Positions 8,058 through 19,900 of a stretch of DNA of 32,000 nucleotides are shown here, in pieces. The notes under the pieces were generated by a model. That model worked only from the letters and a program-made list of their open reading frames with translations. It was not told the origin of the DNA and did not search any database. Position 1 is the first letter of the stretch. Every line of letters begins with the position of its first letter. The position numbers and the translations under genes are program-made. The DNA comes from Breznakia blatticola (lineage in GTDB: Bacteria; Bacillota_I; Bacilli_A; Erysipelotrichales; Erysipelotrichaceae), in the NCBI RefSeq assembly GCF_004365815.1, contig NZ_SODD01000020.1, positions 1 through 32,000 of the forward strand, written 5' to 3'.

Positions 8058-8735
8058 ATGAAAGAAATAAGCATGTTTGATGTCATTGGTCCAAATATGA
8101 TAGGACCTTCATCAAGTCATACCGCAGGGGCATGTCGAATCGCACAAATTGCACGTCGTATTGCCAATGAGAAAATTGTAGATGTACGCTTTGATTTATA
8201 TGGTTCATTCGCCAAAACATATAAAGGCCATGGTACAGATCGTGCACTTGTTGCAGGTATGTTGGGGATGAATCCAGATGATGAACGAATTAAGGATTCA
8301 TTTAGCTATGCTAAAGAAGCAGGACTCGCTTTTACATTTAAAGAAAAACACGACCCTGCATTTGCACCAAACACGGTAATCATTCATATGGTGGATCAGT
8401 TTGGTGTTACATACAAGATGCGTGGAGAAAGCGTTGGTGGTGGAGAAGTAATGATCAATTCCATCAATGGAGTCGAGGTAAATCTAAGTGGTGAATATGA
8501 TACCATTGTTGTGAAGCAACAAGATGCTCCAGGAGTCATCGCTAGATTATCAAGTATTCTTGCAAACTATGGAATTAATATTGCCTTTATGAAACTCTAT
8601 CGCGAAGACAAAGGGAAGATTGCCTATACGATAGTTGAAGTTGATGAACACTTTGATAATGCATTGTTTGAAGAACTACGCAAAGATAAAGCGATTTTAA
8701 GTGTATCCTATATACCTAGATTGGAGTGGGACTAA
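8058..8735 (+). CDS. sdaAB: L-serine dehydratase, iron-sulfur-dependent, beta subunit
   Basis: FDVIGPNMIGPSSSHTAGA N-terminal signature, with a C-terminal ACT-like domain. Confidence 0.9.
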   Translation: MKEISMFDVIGPNMIGPSSSHTAGACRIAQIARRIANEKIVDVRFDLYGSFAKTYKGHGTDRALVAGMLGMNPDDERIKDSFSYAKEAGLAFTFKEKHDPAFAPNTVIIHMVDQFGVTYKMRGESVGGGEVMINSINGVEVNLSGEYDTIVVKQQDAPGVIARLSSILANYGINIAFMKLYREDKGKIAYTIVEVDEHFDNALFEELRKDKAILSVSYIPRLEWD

Positions 8736-9592
8736 TGTTTAAAAGTGCAAAAGAATTATTCGCTTTAACGGAAAAAGAAAATTGTAGTATTTCACAAATC
8801 ATGGTCAAACGTGAAATAGAAGTGTTCAACCGTAAAGAAGAAGATATATACTTACGAATGGAAAAATCATGGACCATTATGAAGCAAGCTGCACATAAAC
8901 CAATTCATCAAGAACTGGAATCAATGGGTGGATTTCTTCACGAAGAAGCAAAAGATATGCAAGCGTTTATCGAAAGTGGGAAAAGCTTTTGTGGGGAGCT
9001 TGTTGATAAGGCGGTACTGTATGCACTAGCAGTCAGTCAAGTCAATGCTTCAATGGGGCTGATTGTTGCAGCACCTACAGCAGGTGCTAGTGGGGTCCTG
9101 CCAGGATGTTTTGTCGCATTACAAGAAGTTCGTGGCTTCAGTGATAAACAGATAATTGAAGCACTGTATAATGCAAGTGCGATTGGCTATTTAACAATGC
9201 GTAATGCCAATGTATCTGGTGCACAAGGTGGTTGCCAAGCTGAGGTTGGTACAGCAAGTGCAATGGCAGCAAGTGCGATCGTAGAGTTGATGGGTGGAAG
9301 TGTGCAACAATCCTTGCATGCAGCAAGTCATGCATTTATGAATATCTTAGGACTTGTATGTGATCCAATTTGTGGATTGGTAGAAGTGCCTTGTCAAACA
9401 AGAAACACAATTGGTGCAACAAATGCTCTGATTTGTGCACAAATGGCAATGAGTGGAATTGCTAATGTAATTCCCTTAGATGACATGATTGAAGTTATGG
9501 AAAATGTTGGTCGTTCTTTACCAGCAACCTTACGTGAAACCGCTATGGGTGGTAGTGCAAAAGCAAAACACATTTGTAAAGGATGCAAATAA
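8735..9592 (+). CDS. sdaAA: L-serine dehydratase, iron-sulfur-dependent, alpha subunit
   Basis: Motifs AAPTAGASGVLPG, GGCQAEVGTASAMAA and CDPICGLVEVPCQTRN (cluster cysteines). The ATG at 8735 overlaps the sdaAB stop (TAATG). The track's upstream GTG at 8726 is less likely. Confidence 0.9.
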   Translation: MFKSAKELFALTEKENCSISQIMVKREIEVFNRKEEDIYLRMEKSWTIMKQAAHKPIHQELESMGGFLHEEAKDMQAFIESGKSFCGELVDKAVLYALAVSQVNASMGLIVAAPTAGASGVLPGCFVALQEVRGFSDKQIIEALYNASAIGYLTMRNANVSGAQGGCQAEVGTASAMAASAIVELMGGSVQQSLHAASHAFMNILGLVCDPICGLVEVPCQTRNTIGATNALICAQMAMSGIANVIPLDDMIEVMENVGRSLPATLRETAMGGSAKAKHICKGCK

Positions 9593-9611
9593 AGATACAT
9601 TACGAATGATG

Positions 9612-9658
9612 GCACGTAGAAAGTTGCAAGAATGCTTGCATTTCACGTGCTTTTATTA
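9612..9658 (+). terminator. Probable intrinsic terminator after sdaAA
   Basis: Outer stem GCACGT (9612-9617) / ACGTGC (9645-9650). Inner stem TGCAAG / CTTGCA. Followed by TTTTATTA. A possible promoter (TTGCAT 9636-9641, 17 bp, TATTAT 9659-9664) overlaps it. Confidence 0.55.
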
Positions 9659-9761
9659 TATTATAAGGAAGCCTGTTTAGGCATAAGCTTACTATGCGTG
9701 GTAGGAAGGTGCGATCCTTTCGATTGACCACTGCATAAGACAAAGAAAACGGAGGTGTCTT

Positions 9762-10181
9762 ATGAGCAAGAAAAAAATCGCAAAAGTAGCGAAGCTACAA
9801 TTCCCAGCAGGGGGAGCGAAACCAGGACCTGCATTGGCATCAGTTGGAATCAACATGCCTCAATTTACACAAGCATTTAACGATGCTACTAGAGACCGTC
9901 AAGGTGATATCGTTCCAGTAATCATTACTGCATACGAAGACAAAAGTTTTGATTTTGTATTAAAAACTACACCAGCTTCAATCTTATTAAAGAAAGCAGC
10001 AAACGTAAACAAAGGTGCAAGTGACTCAAAAGTTTCTGTTGGAACTATTAGTGCTGACAAAATTCGCGAAATCGCTGAATACAAAATGCCAGACTTAAAT
10101 GCAAACGATATTGATGGAGCAATGAAAATCATTGCTGGTACTGCTCGCAACATGGGTATTGTTGTCGAAGGTATGGAATAG
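9762..10181 (+). CDS. rplK: 50S ribosomal protein L11
   Basis: 139 aa. [25 protein letters not shown] is a textbook L11 N-terminus. GGAGGTG SD. Confidence 0.95.
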   Translation: MSKKKIAKVAKLQFPAGGAKPGPALASVGINMPQFTQAFNDATRDRQGDIVPVIITAYEDKSFDFVLKTTPASILLKKAANVNKGASDSKVSVGTISADKIREIAEYKMPDLNANDIDGAMKIIAGTARNMGIVVEGME

Positions 10182-10190
10182 GAGGTCACC

Positions 10191-10871
10191 ATGGCTAATA
10201 AAGGTAGAAAATATTTAGAAGCTGCAAAATTAGTAGACGCTGAAAAAACATACGCTATTAACGATGCAATCGCTTTAATTAAAAAAGCAAGTTACGCAAA
10301 ATTTGACGAAAGTGTTGAATTATCAATGCGTTTAAACGTTGATCCACGTCATGCGGACCAACAAATCCGTGGAGCTATCGTTCTTCCAAACGGAAGTGGA
10401 CGTACACAAAAAGTTTGTGTTATCGCTCAAGGAGCTCAAGAACAAGAAGCGAAAGATGCTGGAGCAGATTTCGTTGGTGGAAAAGAATTAATCGACGATA
10501 TGAAAAAAGGTTGGTTAGATTTCGATGTAATCGTAGCAACACCTAACATGATGGGTGAACTAGGAAAAATCGGGAAAATCTTAGGACCTAAAGGATTAAT
10601 GCCAAACCCTAAAACTGGTACAGTTACAATGGACGTTAAAAAAGCCGTTGAAGATATCAAAAAAGGGAAAGTAGAATACCGTGTTGATAAAGATGGAAAC
10701 ATCAACGTACTTATGGGTAAAGTAAGTTTCGATGATGCAAAACTAGTTGAAAACTTCAACACATTATACGATGTTGTAGCTAAGGCTCGTCCAGCTGCAG
10801 TAAAAGGACAATACTTCTTAAACATTACAGTAAGTAGTACAATGGGTCCTGGTGTCAAAGTTGCAATTTAA
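10191..10871 (+). CDS. rplA: 50S ribosomal protein L1
   Basis: 226 aa with L1 motifs ([27 protein letters not shown]). GGAGG SD. Confidence 0.95.
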   Translation: MANKGRKYLEAAKLVDAEKTYAINDAIALIKKASYAKFDESVELSMRLNVDPRHADQQIRGAIVLPNGSGRTQKVCVIAQGAQEQEAKDAGADFVGGKELIDDMKKGWLDFDVIVATPNMMGELGKIGKILGPKGLMPNPKTGTVTMDVKKAVEDIKKGKVEYRVDKDGNINVLMGKVSFDDAKLVENFNTLYDVVAKARPAAVKGQYFLNITVSSTMGPGVKVAI

Positions 10872-10874
10872 TTG

Positions 10875-10903
10875 TTGACTTTATCGTAGATACCATATAG
10901 AAT
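10875..10903 (+). promoter_or_regulatory. Sigma-A-type promoter of the rplJ-rplL leader
   Basis: TTGACT (10875-10880), 17-bp spacer, TAGAAT (10898-10903). Confidence 0.6.
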
Positions 10904-11030
10904 AACAATGTTTCAATATGCCATAGACAGTAACGGCGCAAGCTTAATCATGTTACCGAGGTAAATGAGAAAAAGATGATAAACTTTTAACTCGTTTTGT
11001 CTATGTAAGGATAAGACGAGTTTTTTATTC
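10904..11030 (+). promoter_or_regulatory. Ribosomal protein L10 leader (L10-L12 autoregulatory attenuator) with terminator hairpin
   Basis: A ~170-nt untranslated leader lies between the promoter and rplJ. A 13-14-bp hairpin, AACTCGTTTTGTC (10989-11001) / GGATAAGACGAGTT (11009-11022), is followed by a T6 run. The position and architecture match the Firmicute L10 leader, but I have not verified this by covariance model. Confidence 0.6.
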
Positions 11031-11072
11031 TCTTAGGTATATTGATCAAATATAAGTAAGAGGAGGTTAAAT

Positions 11073-11576
11073 ATGAAAGAAGCAGTATTACAAGCAAAAC
11101 AGGAACTCGTAACTGAAATTTCTGACAAGTTCAAAAATAGCTCAAGTAGCGTTATCGTTGAATACCGTGGGTTATCAGTTGCTGAAGTTACTGAACTTCG
11201 TCGTGAATTACGCGAAGAAGGTGTAGACTTTACAGTTTACAAAAACTCAATGGTAGTGCGTGCTGCAGAAGATGCTGGTTATGGTGATTTAAAAGAAAGC
11301 CTGACTGGACCTAACGCATTCGCATTCTCAGAAGATGCAGTTGCACCTGCAAGAGTATTAGCAAAATTTGCGAAAACTCATAGTGCATTAGTAATTAAAG
11401 CTGGTGTGGTTGAAGGAGAAGTTGTTGGAATTGACACAATTACAAAACTATCAAAACTACCAAACCGCGATGGTATGATCTCTATGTTCTTAAGTTGCTT
11501 ACAAGCACCTATTAGAGACTTCGCATGTGTTGTATCAGCAGTGCGTGACCAAAAACAAGAACAAGAACAAGCTTAA
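11073..11576 (+). CDS. rplJ: 50S ribosomal protein L10
   Basis: 167 aa. L10 pattern (VIVEYRGLSVAEVTELRRELRE). AGGAGG SD. Confidence 0.95.
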   Translation: MKEAVLQAKQELVTEISDKFKNSSSSVIVEYRGLSVAEVTELRRELREEGVDFTVYKNSMVVRAAEDAGYGDLKESLTGPNAFAFSEDAVAPARVLAKFAKTHSALVIKAGVVEGEVVGIDTITKLSKLPNRDGMISMFLSCLQAPIRDFACVVSAVRDQKQEQEQA

Positions 11577-11605
11577 TAAAATAACATATAGGAGGAAAAT
11601 TTATC

Positions 11606-11977
11606 ATGGCTAAATTAAATAAAGATGACGTAATTGCTTCTCTAAAAGAGATGACAATTCTTGAATTAAACGAACTAATCGAAGCAATCGAAGAAGAATT
11701 CGGAGTTACTGCTGCTGCACCAGTTGCTGTAGTTGCTGCTGATGACGGAGCTGCTGCTGGAGAACCAACAGAAGTTACTGTAACAATCACAGAAGTTGGA
11801 GCTTCAAAAGTTAACGTAATTAAAGCAGTACGTGAAATTACTGGATTAGGATTATTAGAAGCTAAACAAAAAGTTGAAGCTACTCCTGCAGTAATTAAAG
11901 AAAACATTCCAGTAGCTGAAGCTGAAGAAATCAAAACTAAATTAGTTGACGCTGGAGCAGCTGTAGAAGTTAAATAA
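11606..11977 (+). CDS. rplL: 50S ribosomal protein L7/L12
   Basis: 123 aa with an Ala-rich hinge and a C-terminal domain ([22 protein letters not shown]). Confidence 0.95.
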   Translation: MAKLNKDDVIASLKEMTILELNELIEAIEEEFGVTAAAPVAVVAADDGAAAGEPTEVTVTITEVGASKVNVIKAVREITGLGLLEAKQKVEATPAVIKENIPVAEAEEIKTKLVDAGAAVEVK

Positions 11978-12016
11978 TTTTACATTATCTTACTTATTAA
12001 CACCAAAGGATGTGGT

Positions 12017-12622
12017 ATGATGTCTCACTATTTCGAAGATAATAAACATACAAAATCTAACCGGAAGGAATTCTCTTTCCGGTTTTGGTGTTTTGATTCA
12101 ACCTTTATTAGTGACCATGGAGTCTTTAGTAAAGATGGTCTTGATGTAGGTACAAAAGTCTTGTTAGAAAGCATTGAAAATGAAGAATTCAAAGGTGATA
12201 TTCTTGATTTGGGATGCGGATTAGGGACGGTTGGAATCTTGTTTAAAAAACGCTATCCACAAACACGTGTAACGATGGTTGATGTAAATGATCGTGCACT
12301 CGAATTGGCAAAAGAAAACGCGCAGAAGAATCAAGTTGATGTAGAGACTTTAAAGTCTGATGGTTTTGATTCTTTACATGAACGAAGATTCGAAAGCATT
12401 ATTACCAATCCACCCATACGTGCAGGTAAACAAGTTGTTTATAAATTACTAGCTGATAGTTATGCACATTTAGTGGATGATGGGTGTTTGTATTTTGTGA
12501 TGCGTAAATCACATGGTGCAAAAAGCGCGCAAAAGTATGTAGAGTCGATATTTGGTAATTGCCAACTACTGGCAAAAGACAAGGGGTTCTACGTATATAA
12601 GTCAAGTAAGAAACTCAAATAA
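12017..12622 (+). CDS. Class I SAM-dependent methyltransferase, RsmC/YbxB-like
   Basis: Motif I ILDLGCGLGTVG and catalytic NPPIRAG. Same position (between rplL and rpoB) as Bacillus ybxB. The start could be the ATG at 12017 or at 12020. Confidence 0.8.
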   Translation: MMSHYFEDNKHTKSNRKEFSFRFWCFDSTFISDHGVFSKDGLDVGTKVLLESIENEEFKGDILDLGCGLGTVGILFKKRYPQTRVTMVDVNDRALELAKENAQKNQVDVETLKSDGFDSLHERRFESIITNPPIRAGKQVVYKLLADSYAHLVDDGCLYFVMRKSHGAKSAQKYVESIFGNCQLLAKDKGFYVYKSSKKLK

Positions 12623-12626
12623 ATGA

Positions 12627-12655
12627 TTGACAGATTGACAAAGTGTTGGTAATAT
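12627..12655 (+). promoter_or_regulatory. Candidate sigma-A promoter upstream of rpoB
   Basis: Tandem TTGACA boxes. The first (12627-12632) is followed by 17 bp and TAATAT (12650-12655). TATAAT at 12653-12658 is a less well-spaced alternative. Confidence 0.5.
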
Positions 12656-12739
12656 AATAAATTGCAATAAAGTAAAATTTTATGATGGGGTTACATGCCC
12701 TTTTCGTCGTTTTAAAATACATAAGAAAGGAAGGCATTC

Positions 12740-15700
12740 ATGGCAAAAAAAGAAACATATCGTACTGTAAAAATCGGTAAAAAAGCTGAACGTAGAGATT
12801 ATTCTAAAGTTAGTGGTGATCTTGAATTACCTAATTTAGTTGAAATTCAAACGGACTCTTTTGACTGGTTTAAAAACGAAGGTATCCAAGAGGTTTTCAA
12901 TGAGATTTATCCAATTCAAAACCACAGTGGAAACATTAAGTTGAACTTCGTTGATTACGAATTCGAAGAACCTAAATTCAATGCTTCAGAGTCAATGTAT
13001 AGAGAAATCAACTATGCAACTTCATTGAAAGCAAAAATGGAACTAGAAATTGAGGATCCTAACACTGGAGAATTGATTTCAAAAGAGGAGGATGTTTTCC
13101 TTGGAGATTTCCCAATTATGACAGACACAGGAACGTTTATCATAAATGGGGCGGAACGTGTTATCGTTTCACAAATCGTACGTTCACCAGGAGCATACTT
13201 TGCTACTGGAGTTGAAGAAAAAACTGGGCGTCCTACATATCACTCAGAATTAATTCCTTCAAGAGGAACGTGGTTAGAATTCCAAAGTGACATCAAAAAA
13301 CAAACAGGTGGTCGTTTGTTAAACGTATTGATTGACCGTAAACGTAAGGTGGCAAGTACCATCCTTTTCAAAGCGCTTGGAATGTCTGTCGATTTAGATA
13401 ACAACATTGACCCTAATGACTCTGAACAAATCCGTATTTTCTTAGATACAATGGGTCGTAAACTTGTAAGTGAATTGCCTGAAAATAACGAAGAAAAAGA
13501 ATACTTAGATTTATACTTAAACCTATATGGTTCTTACTTCGGACAATATGAAGAAGTGGAAAACACTTTATTTGAAGAAAAAGTAGCAACAACACAAGAA
13601 GCGTTGTTGACGATTTATGAAAACCAAAGAGCGGATGAAATTCCTACACTTGATGGTTCAATCAACTTAATGAATCAAAAATTCTTTGATTCACGTCGTT
13701 ATGACTTAACAAAAGCAGGACGTTACAAACTGTCAAAGAAATTATCAGTTGTAGACCGCATGTTCTCTAATTATTTAGCACATGACATCGTTGATGTAGA
13801 TGGAAATGTGTTACATAAACAAGGAACACTTGTAGATCGTACAGTACGTGATGCATTACGTGAAGAAATGAAACGTGGAATGCATGTTACTGCATTCCCA
13901 TATAACACACTGTTCTACCACAACGATGTGGTAAGTGTGCCTGTTAGCTATGCAAGTGCTTTAGTAGGACGTGTATTAGCTTACGATGTAGATTTAAAGA
14001 AAACTACATTATTTGAAAACACAGTATTAACAAAAGAAGATGTTGAATTACTTCAAAAAGAAGAAGTTGCCGAAGTGGAAATCTTAGCTGGATTAATGGC
14101 TAAAGAAATCACAATTACAAAAGATAACTTCAAAGCAGTGATGGCATATGGTCAAACACTATATACACTAGGTCGTATCGTTGATGCAAAAGGTAATGAT
14201 TTAACTGATTCTGAAGGTGAAGTATTTACATATAACTTCTCACAAAAAGATAAAGTTGCGACATTGAGTGAAGCACAAGAAAAAGAATTACGTGCCCTTG
14301 TTGAAAAAGGAAATGTACGTGCTTACTTAATTGGTTGTGCCGTACAAGAAGTACTTGTTCACAATGGAGACAACATTCCAGTTAGTGTGATTGGTAACGA
14401 TCCATTCTTAAACAAACACACAATTACAGTATCTGATATGTATGCACTATACTCATACACATTAACAAACATGTATGGTATTGGTGAAGATGACGATATC
14501 GATATGTTAGGTAACCGTCGTATCCGTTCGGTTGGTGAACTTATCCAAAACCAATTCCGTATTGGTTTATCTCGTATGGAACGTGTGGTTAAGGAACGTA
14601 TGTCAATTGCTGAAATTGAAACATTAACACCAAAGAAACTTACAAATATTCGTCCATTAACAGCAGCAATTAAAGAATTCTTCTCGAGTTCTCAATTGTC
14701 TCAATTCATGGACCAACAAAACCCACTTGCTGAACTTACAAACAAACGTCGTATTTCAGCATTAGGACCTGGTGGTTTAACACGTGATCGTGCTGGATTT
14801 GAAGTACGTGATGTTCACTCATCTCACTACGGTCGTATTTGTCCAATTGAAACACCTGAGGGACCAAACATCGGTCTGATTTCAAACTTGACAACATATG
14901 GAAAAATTAACGAATATGGATTTATTCAAACACCATACCGTATTGTAAAAGATGGAAAAGTTAGCGAAGACTGTGTGTACTTAAGTGCAGACGAAGAAGC
15001 AGACTACATTATTGCCCAAGCCAATGAGGTTGTTGATGGATTACTTGTTAATGAACAAGTCGTTGCCAGATTAAATGGTGAAACGATCATGGCAGAACGC
15101 GAAAAAGTAGAACTTGCCGATGTCAGTCCAAAACAAATTGTTTCGGTAGCGACAGCTTGTATTCCATTCTTGGAAAACGATGATGCTTCTCGTGCCCTAA
15201 TGGGAGCGAACATGCAACGTCAAGCGGTACCTTTAATTAAGCCACAAAGTCCATTTGTTGGTACAGGTATCGAAAACAAAATTGCCAAAGATTCTGGTTC
15301 AGCAGTTGTTGCTGCAGAAGATGGTGTAGTTGATTTTGTTGATGCAACACGTGTTGTTGTAAGTGAAAAAGGCGGAAAACGCGAATACAAACTTAAAAAA
15401 TTCGAATGTTCAAACGCTGGTACTTCAATTAACCAAATGCCAATCGTGCAAAAAGGTGAAAAAATTGAAAAAGGTGATGTAATTGTCGATGGACCTTCTA
15501 TGCAAAATGGAGAGTTAGCTTTAGGACAAAACGTTACGATTGCCTACATGACTTGGTATGGATATAACTATGAGGATGCGATCATTATGTCTGAACGCTT
15601 AGTGCGTGATGATGTATATACATCAATCCACATTGAAGATTACGACATTGACTGTCGTGATACAAAACTAGGACCTGAAGAAATTACACGCGATATTCCA

Positions 15701-16948
15701 AACGTAAGTGAAGCTGCTTGTCGTAACTTAGACGAACGCGGAATCGTTATGGTTGGTGCGGAAGTTAAAGAAGGTGATATCCTAGTTGGTAAAGTAACAC
15801 CAAAAGGACAAAGCGAAGTAAGTCCTGAAGAAAAACTATTATTAGCAATCTTCGGTGAAAAATCTCGTGAAGTTCGTGACAATAGTTTAAAAGTACCTCA
15901 CGGTGGAGATGGTATCGTACATAGTGTACGTGTCTTCAAACGTAGTGAAGGTCACGATTTACCTCCAGGGGTAAATGAAACTGTAAAAGTATACATTGTT
16001 CAAAAACGTAAAATCTCTGAAGGGGATAAAATGGCGGGACGTCACGGTAATAAAGGGGTTATCTCTAAAATCTTACCGATTGAAGATATGCCATATATGC
16101 CAGATGGAACTCCAGTTGACATTATGTTGAACCCATTCGGGGTACCTTCACGTATGAACATTGGACAAGTTCTTGAGATCCACTTAGGATTCGCAGCTAA
16201 GAAATTAGGTGTAAAATTCTCAACTCCAGTATTCGATGGAATCGATAACGAAGAGTTAAGTGGAATCATGGATGAAGCGAGTATGACTAAAGATGGTAAA
16301 TCTGTACTATACGATGGACGTACAGGGGAACCATTTGATGAAAGAATCTCTGTTGGGGTTATGTACATGATTAAGCTTGCCCACATGGTTGATGACAAGC
16401 TGCATGCACGTGCAACAGGACCTTACTCATTAGTAACGCAACAACCTCTTGGAGGGAAAGCGCAAAATGGTGGTCAAAGATTTGGGGAAATGGAAGTTTG
16501 GGCTCTTGAAGCATATGGAGCAGCACACACATTACAAGAAATCTTGACAATCAAATCGGATGATATCCAAGGACGTACAAAAACGTACGAAGCTATCATC
16601 AAAGGTAAAGACATTCCTGAAGCTGGTATTCCTGAATCATTCAGAGTACTTGTTCACGAATTGCAAGCCTTAGCTATCGATGTAAAGATGTTTGATGACA
16701 ATGGGGAATTGGTAGATATCAATAACCAAGAAGAACAAGCACCTAAAGATAGTAGACAAGAAGCCAACAACCCTGATGTAACAATTGCTCAACTTGATGA
16801 TGAACTTGCAAATGTTCACATTGATGATGAAGAACAATTAGTTGAAGCAGAAGAAGAAATGGCAGCCGATGATCATGATCACGGTGATGAAGTAAAAGAA
16901 GAAATTAGCGATAGTGGGCTTGAAGCTTTACTAGACGTGATTGAATAG
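12740..16948 (+). CDS. rpoB: DNA-directed RNA polymerase subunit beta (extended, 1402 aa)
   Basis: Conserved along its full length ([24 protein letters not shown], the Rif region [30 protein letters not shown], and [12 protein letters not shown]). Contains extra segments and an acidic tail. Confidence 0.98.
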   Translation: MAKKETYRTVKIGKKAERRDYSKVSGDLELPNLVEIQTDSFDWFKNEGIQEVFNEIYPIQNHSGNIKLNFVDYEFEEPKFNASESMYREINYATSLKAKMELEIEDPNTGELISKEEDVFLGDFPIMTDTGTFIINGAERVIVSQIVRSPGAYFATGVEEKTGRPTYHSELIPSRGTWLEFQSDIKKQTGGRLLNVLIDRKRKVASTILFKALGMSVDLDNNIDPNDSEQIRIFLDTMGRKLVSELPENNEEKEYLDLYLNLYGSYFGQYEEVENTLFEEKVATTQEALLTIYENQRADEIPTLDGSINLMNQKFFDSRRYDLTKAGRYKLSKKLSVVDRMFSNYLAHDIVDVDGNVLHKQGTLVDRTVRDALREEMKRGMHVTAFPYNTLFYHNDVVSVPVSYASALVGRVLAYDVDLKKTTLFENTVLTKEDVELLQKEEVAEVEILAGLMAKEITITKDNFKAVMAYGQTLYTLGRIVDAKGNDLTDSEGEVFTYNFSQKDKVATLSEAQEKELRALVEKGNVRAYLIGCAVQEVLVHNGDNIPVSVIGNDPFLNKHTITVSDMYALYSYTLTNMYGIGEDDDIDMLGNRRIRSVGELIQNQFRIGLSRMERVVKERMSIAEIETLTPKKLTNIRPLTAAIKEFFSSSQLSQFMDQQNPLAELTNKRRISALGPGGLTRDRAGFEVRDVHSSHYGRICPIETPEGPNIGLISNLTTYGKINEYGFIQTPYRIVKDGKVSEDCVYLSADEEADYIIAQANEVVDGLLVNEQVVARLNGETIMAEREKVELADVSPKQIVSVATACIPFLENDDASRALMGANMQRQAVPLIKPQSPFVGTGIENKIAKDSGSAVVAAEDGVVDFVDATRVVVSEKGGKREYKLKKFECSNAGTSINQMPIVQKGEKIEKGDVIVDGPSMQNGELALGQNVTIAYMTWYGYNYEDAIIMSERLVRDDVYTSIHIEDYDIDCRDTKLGPEEITRDIPNVSEAACRNLDERGIVMVGAEVKEGDILVGKVTPKGQSEVSPEEKLLLAIFGEKSREVRDNSLKVPHGGDGIVHSVRVFKRSEGHDLPPGVNETVKVYIVQKRKISEGDKMAGRHGNKGVISKILPIEDMPYMPDGTPVDIMLNPFGVPSRMNIGQVLEIHLGFAAKKLGVKFSTPVFDGIDNEELSGIMDEASMTKDGKSVLYDGRTGEPFDERISVGVMYMIKLAHMVDDKLHARATGPYSLVTQQPLGGKAQNGGQRFGEMEVWALEAYGAAHTLQEILTIKSDDIQGRTKTYEAIIKGKDIPEAGIPESFRVLVHELQALAIDVKMFDDNGELVDINNQEEQAPKDSRQEANNPDVTIAQLDDELANVHIDDEEQLVEAEEEMAADDHDHGDEVKEEISDSGLEALLDVIE

Positions 16949-16959
16949 GAGGCTAAAAG

Positions 16960-19900
16960 ATGAGTGTAAATAAATTTTCGTCAATTCAGATTAATTTAGC
17001 ATCTCCTGAAAGAATCTTAGAGTGGTCTTACGGAGAAGTAAAAAAACCAGAAACAATTAACTACCGTTCTCAAAAACCAGAACGTGATGGATTGTTCTGT
17101 GAGAAAATCTTCGGACCAAGCAAAGACTGGGAATGTTACTGTGGTAAATACAAAAAAGTACGTTACAAAGGTGTCATTTGTGACCGTTGTGGAGTTGAAG
17201 TAACAAAGTCTAGCGTTCGTCGTGAACGTATGGGACATATTTCTTTAGCTGCACCAGTTGCACACATCTGGTACTTACGTGGTATCCCTAGTCGTATGGG
17301 GTTGTTACTTGATGTAACACCTAAACAACTTGAAGAAGTAGTTTACTTCGTATCTTGGATTGTGACGGATCCAAAAGATACAAAGCTAGAATACAAAAAA
17401 GTTCTTTCGGAAAGAGAATATCGTGAAAACGTGGCACTATATGGTGCTGGAGCGTTTGAAGCAAAAACCGGAGCTGAAGCAGTAAAAGTATTGCTTGAGC
17501 AAGTGGATGTTGAAAAAGAATATAAAGCAATCCAAGATGCACTTGAAGGTGCACAAGGAGAAAAACGTAACAAACTTATTAAACGTTTGGATACAGTTAA
17601 TGCATTTAGAAATTCTGACAACAACCCTGAATGGATGGTACTGACTGAATTACCAGTTATCCCACCTGATTTACGTCCAATGTTACAACTTGATGGTGGA
17701 CGTTTCGCAACAAGTGATCTTAACGACCTTTACCGTCGTGTAATCACGCGTAACAACCGTCTGAAAAAGTTATTAGAACTTGGAACACCTGCAATTATCG
17801 TACAAAACGAAAAACGTATGTTACAAGAAGCTGTTGATGCTTTAATTGACAACGGACGTCGTAGTAAACCAATTACAGGAGCTGGAGGACGTGCATTAAA
17901 ATCACTTTCTCACTCATTAAAAGGGAAACAAGGTCGTTTCCGTCAAAACTTACTTGGTAAACGTGTTGACTTCTCAGGACGTTCAGTTATCGCGGTAGGT
18001 CCAGACTTAAAAATGTACCAATGTGGTATCCCTCGTGAGATGGCTATTCAATTATTTAAACCATATGTTATTAATGAAATCGTTAACCGCGAAATCGCTA
18101 GTAACCATAAAACTGCTGAAAAATTAATCGACAAAGGTGATCCAAGAATTTGGGACATCGTTGAGGATGTAATTGAAGGACACCCAGTTCTATTGAACCG
18201 TGCCCCTACACTTCACCGTCTTGGTATTCAAGCATATTTACCAAAACTTGTAGAAGGTAGAGCAATCCGTCTTCACCCTCTAGTTTGTCCTGCATTCAAC
18301 GCGGACTTCGATGGTGACCAAATGGCGGTCCACGTTCCATTAAGTGAAGAAGCAAGAGCTGAAGCATATGTATTAATGCTAGGTTCTAACAACATCCTTG
18401 GTCCAAAAGATGGAAAACCTATCGTTACACCATCACAAGACATGGTACTTGGTAACTTCTACTTAACAATGGAAGAAACAAAAGAAGAATTCTACGCAGA
18501 AAGTGCAGAATATAGAGCACTAGGTTGTGACCAAGAAGCTGACAAATGGCAAGCATATGGTGACAACGAAGGTCATGCTTACAACAACATCAATGAAGTT
18601 ATGATGGCATATGAAGCAAACCAAGTGCACTTACATACACGTATTGCGCTTCACGGTCGTTCTTTACAAAAAGAAGGATTTACAGAAGAACAAAACAACT
18701 CATACTTGGTAACAACTGTTGGTAAAGTTATCTTTAACAATATCTTGCCAAAAGACTTCCCTTACATCAACGAAGTAAGTGAAGAAAACTTCGTTGCAAC
18801 TCCAGACAAATACTTCTTCCCAATGGGAACAAATATGCCTGAAGTAATCGCTGGGTTAGAACCAGTTGATGCAATGAAGAAAAAGGATTTAGGACTTGTT
18901 ATCGGGCAAGTGTTCAAACGCTACTCGACAGTTGAAACAAGTGAAATTCTTGATGAGATCAAAAACAACGGATTTAAATATTCTACAGTTGCGGGTATTA
19001 CAGTATCACTAGCGGATATTGAAGTTGCCCCTAACAAGAAAAAATACGTAGATTACGGTCGTGAAAAAGCTGCAGAGCTTATGGAATACCGTAAAAAAGG
19101 TAAACTTACAATGCAAGAATGGGAACGTCTACTAAATAAACTTTGGGATGACGTGAAAAAGAACATTCTGATTGAATTTAAAGCTGCGATTGCTCGTAAG
19201 AACCCAATCAACATGATGGCGACTTCTGGAGCTCGTGGTAACGATAGTAACTTTACCCAACTTGCTGGTATGCGTGGATTGATGGCTCGTCCATCACAAT
19301 CGAAATCAGCTTCAGGTTACCAACCAAGTGTAATCGAGGTACCTATTTATTCTTCATTCCGTGAAGGATTAAACGTATCTGAGTTCTTTACCTCTACCCA
19401 TGGGGTGCGTAAAGGTCTTACCGATACAGCCTTGAAAACTGCCGAGTCAGGATACTTAACACGTCGTCTAGTTGACGTTGCACAAGATGTTGTTGTGCGC
19501 GAAGAAGACTGTGGAACTGACCGTGGTTACCTAGTTGAAGAAATCCGTGACCGTAAACAAGATACAGTTGTTGAATCACTATTTGACCGTCTTGTTGGTC
19601 GTTATACAAAAGATGCAATCTTCCACCCAGAAACAGGTGCATTAATTATTGATGCAGGTGAATTCATGGATGAAGATAAAGCACAAGAAATCGTTGACGC
19701 TGGTGTTAAACAAGTAATGATTCGTTCAGCATTTACATGTCAAACCGTTCACGGTGTATGTAAAAAATGTTACGGACGTAACATGGCAACTGGTGAAGTT
19801 GTTGAAGTTGGAGAATCTGTTGGTACAATGGCAGCGCAATCAATTGGGGAACCAGGTACCCAACTTACCATGCGTACATTCCACACCGGTGGGGTTGCTG

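Noticed and set aside
10436-11934. 140-aa minus-strand ORFs at 10436-10858 and 11512-11934
   Set aside because: Both are antisense shadows of rplA and of rplJ/rplL. Their composition mirrors the Ala/Val-rich sense frames, and I see no start-site signals.
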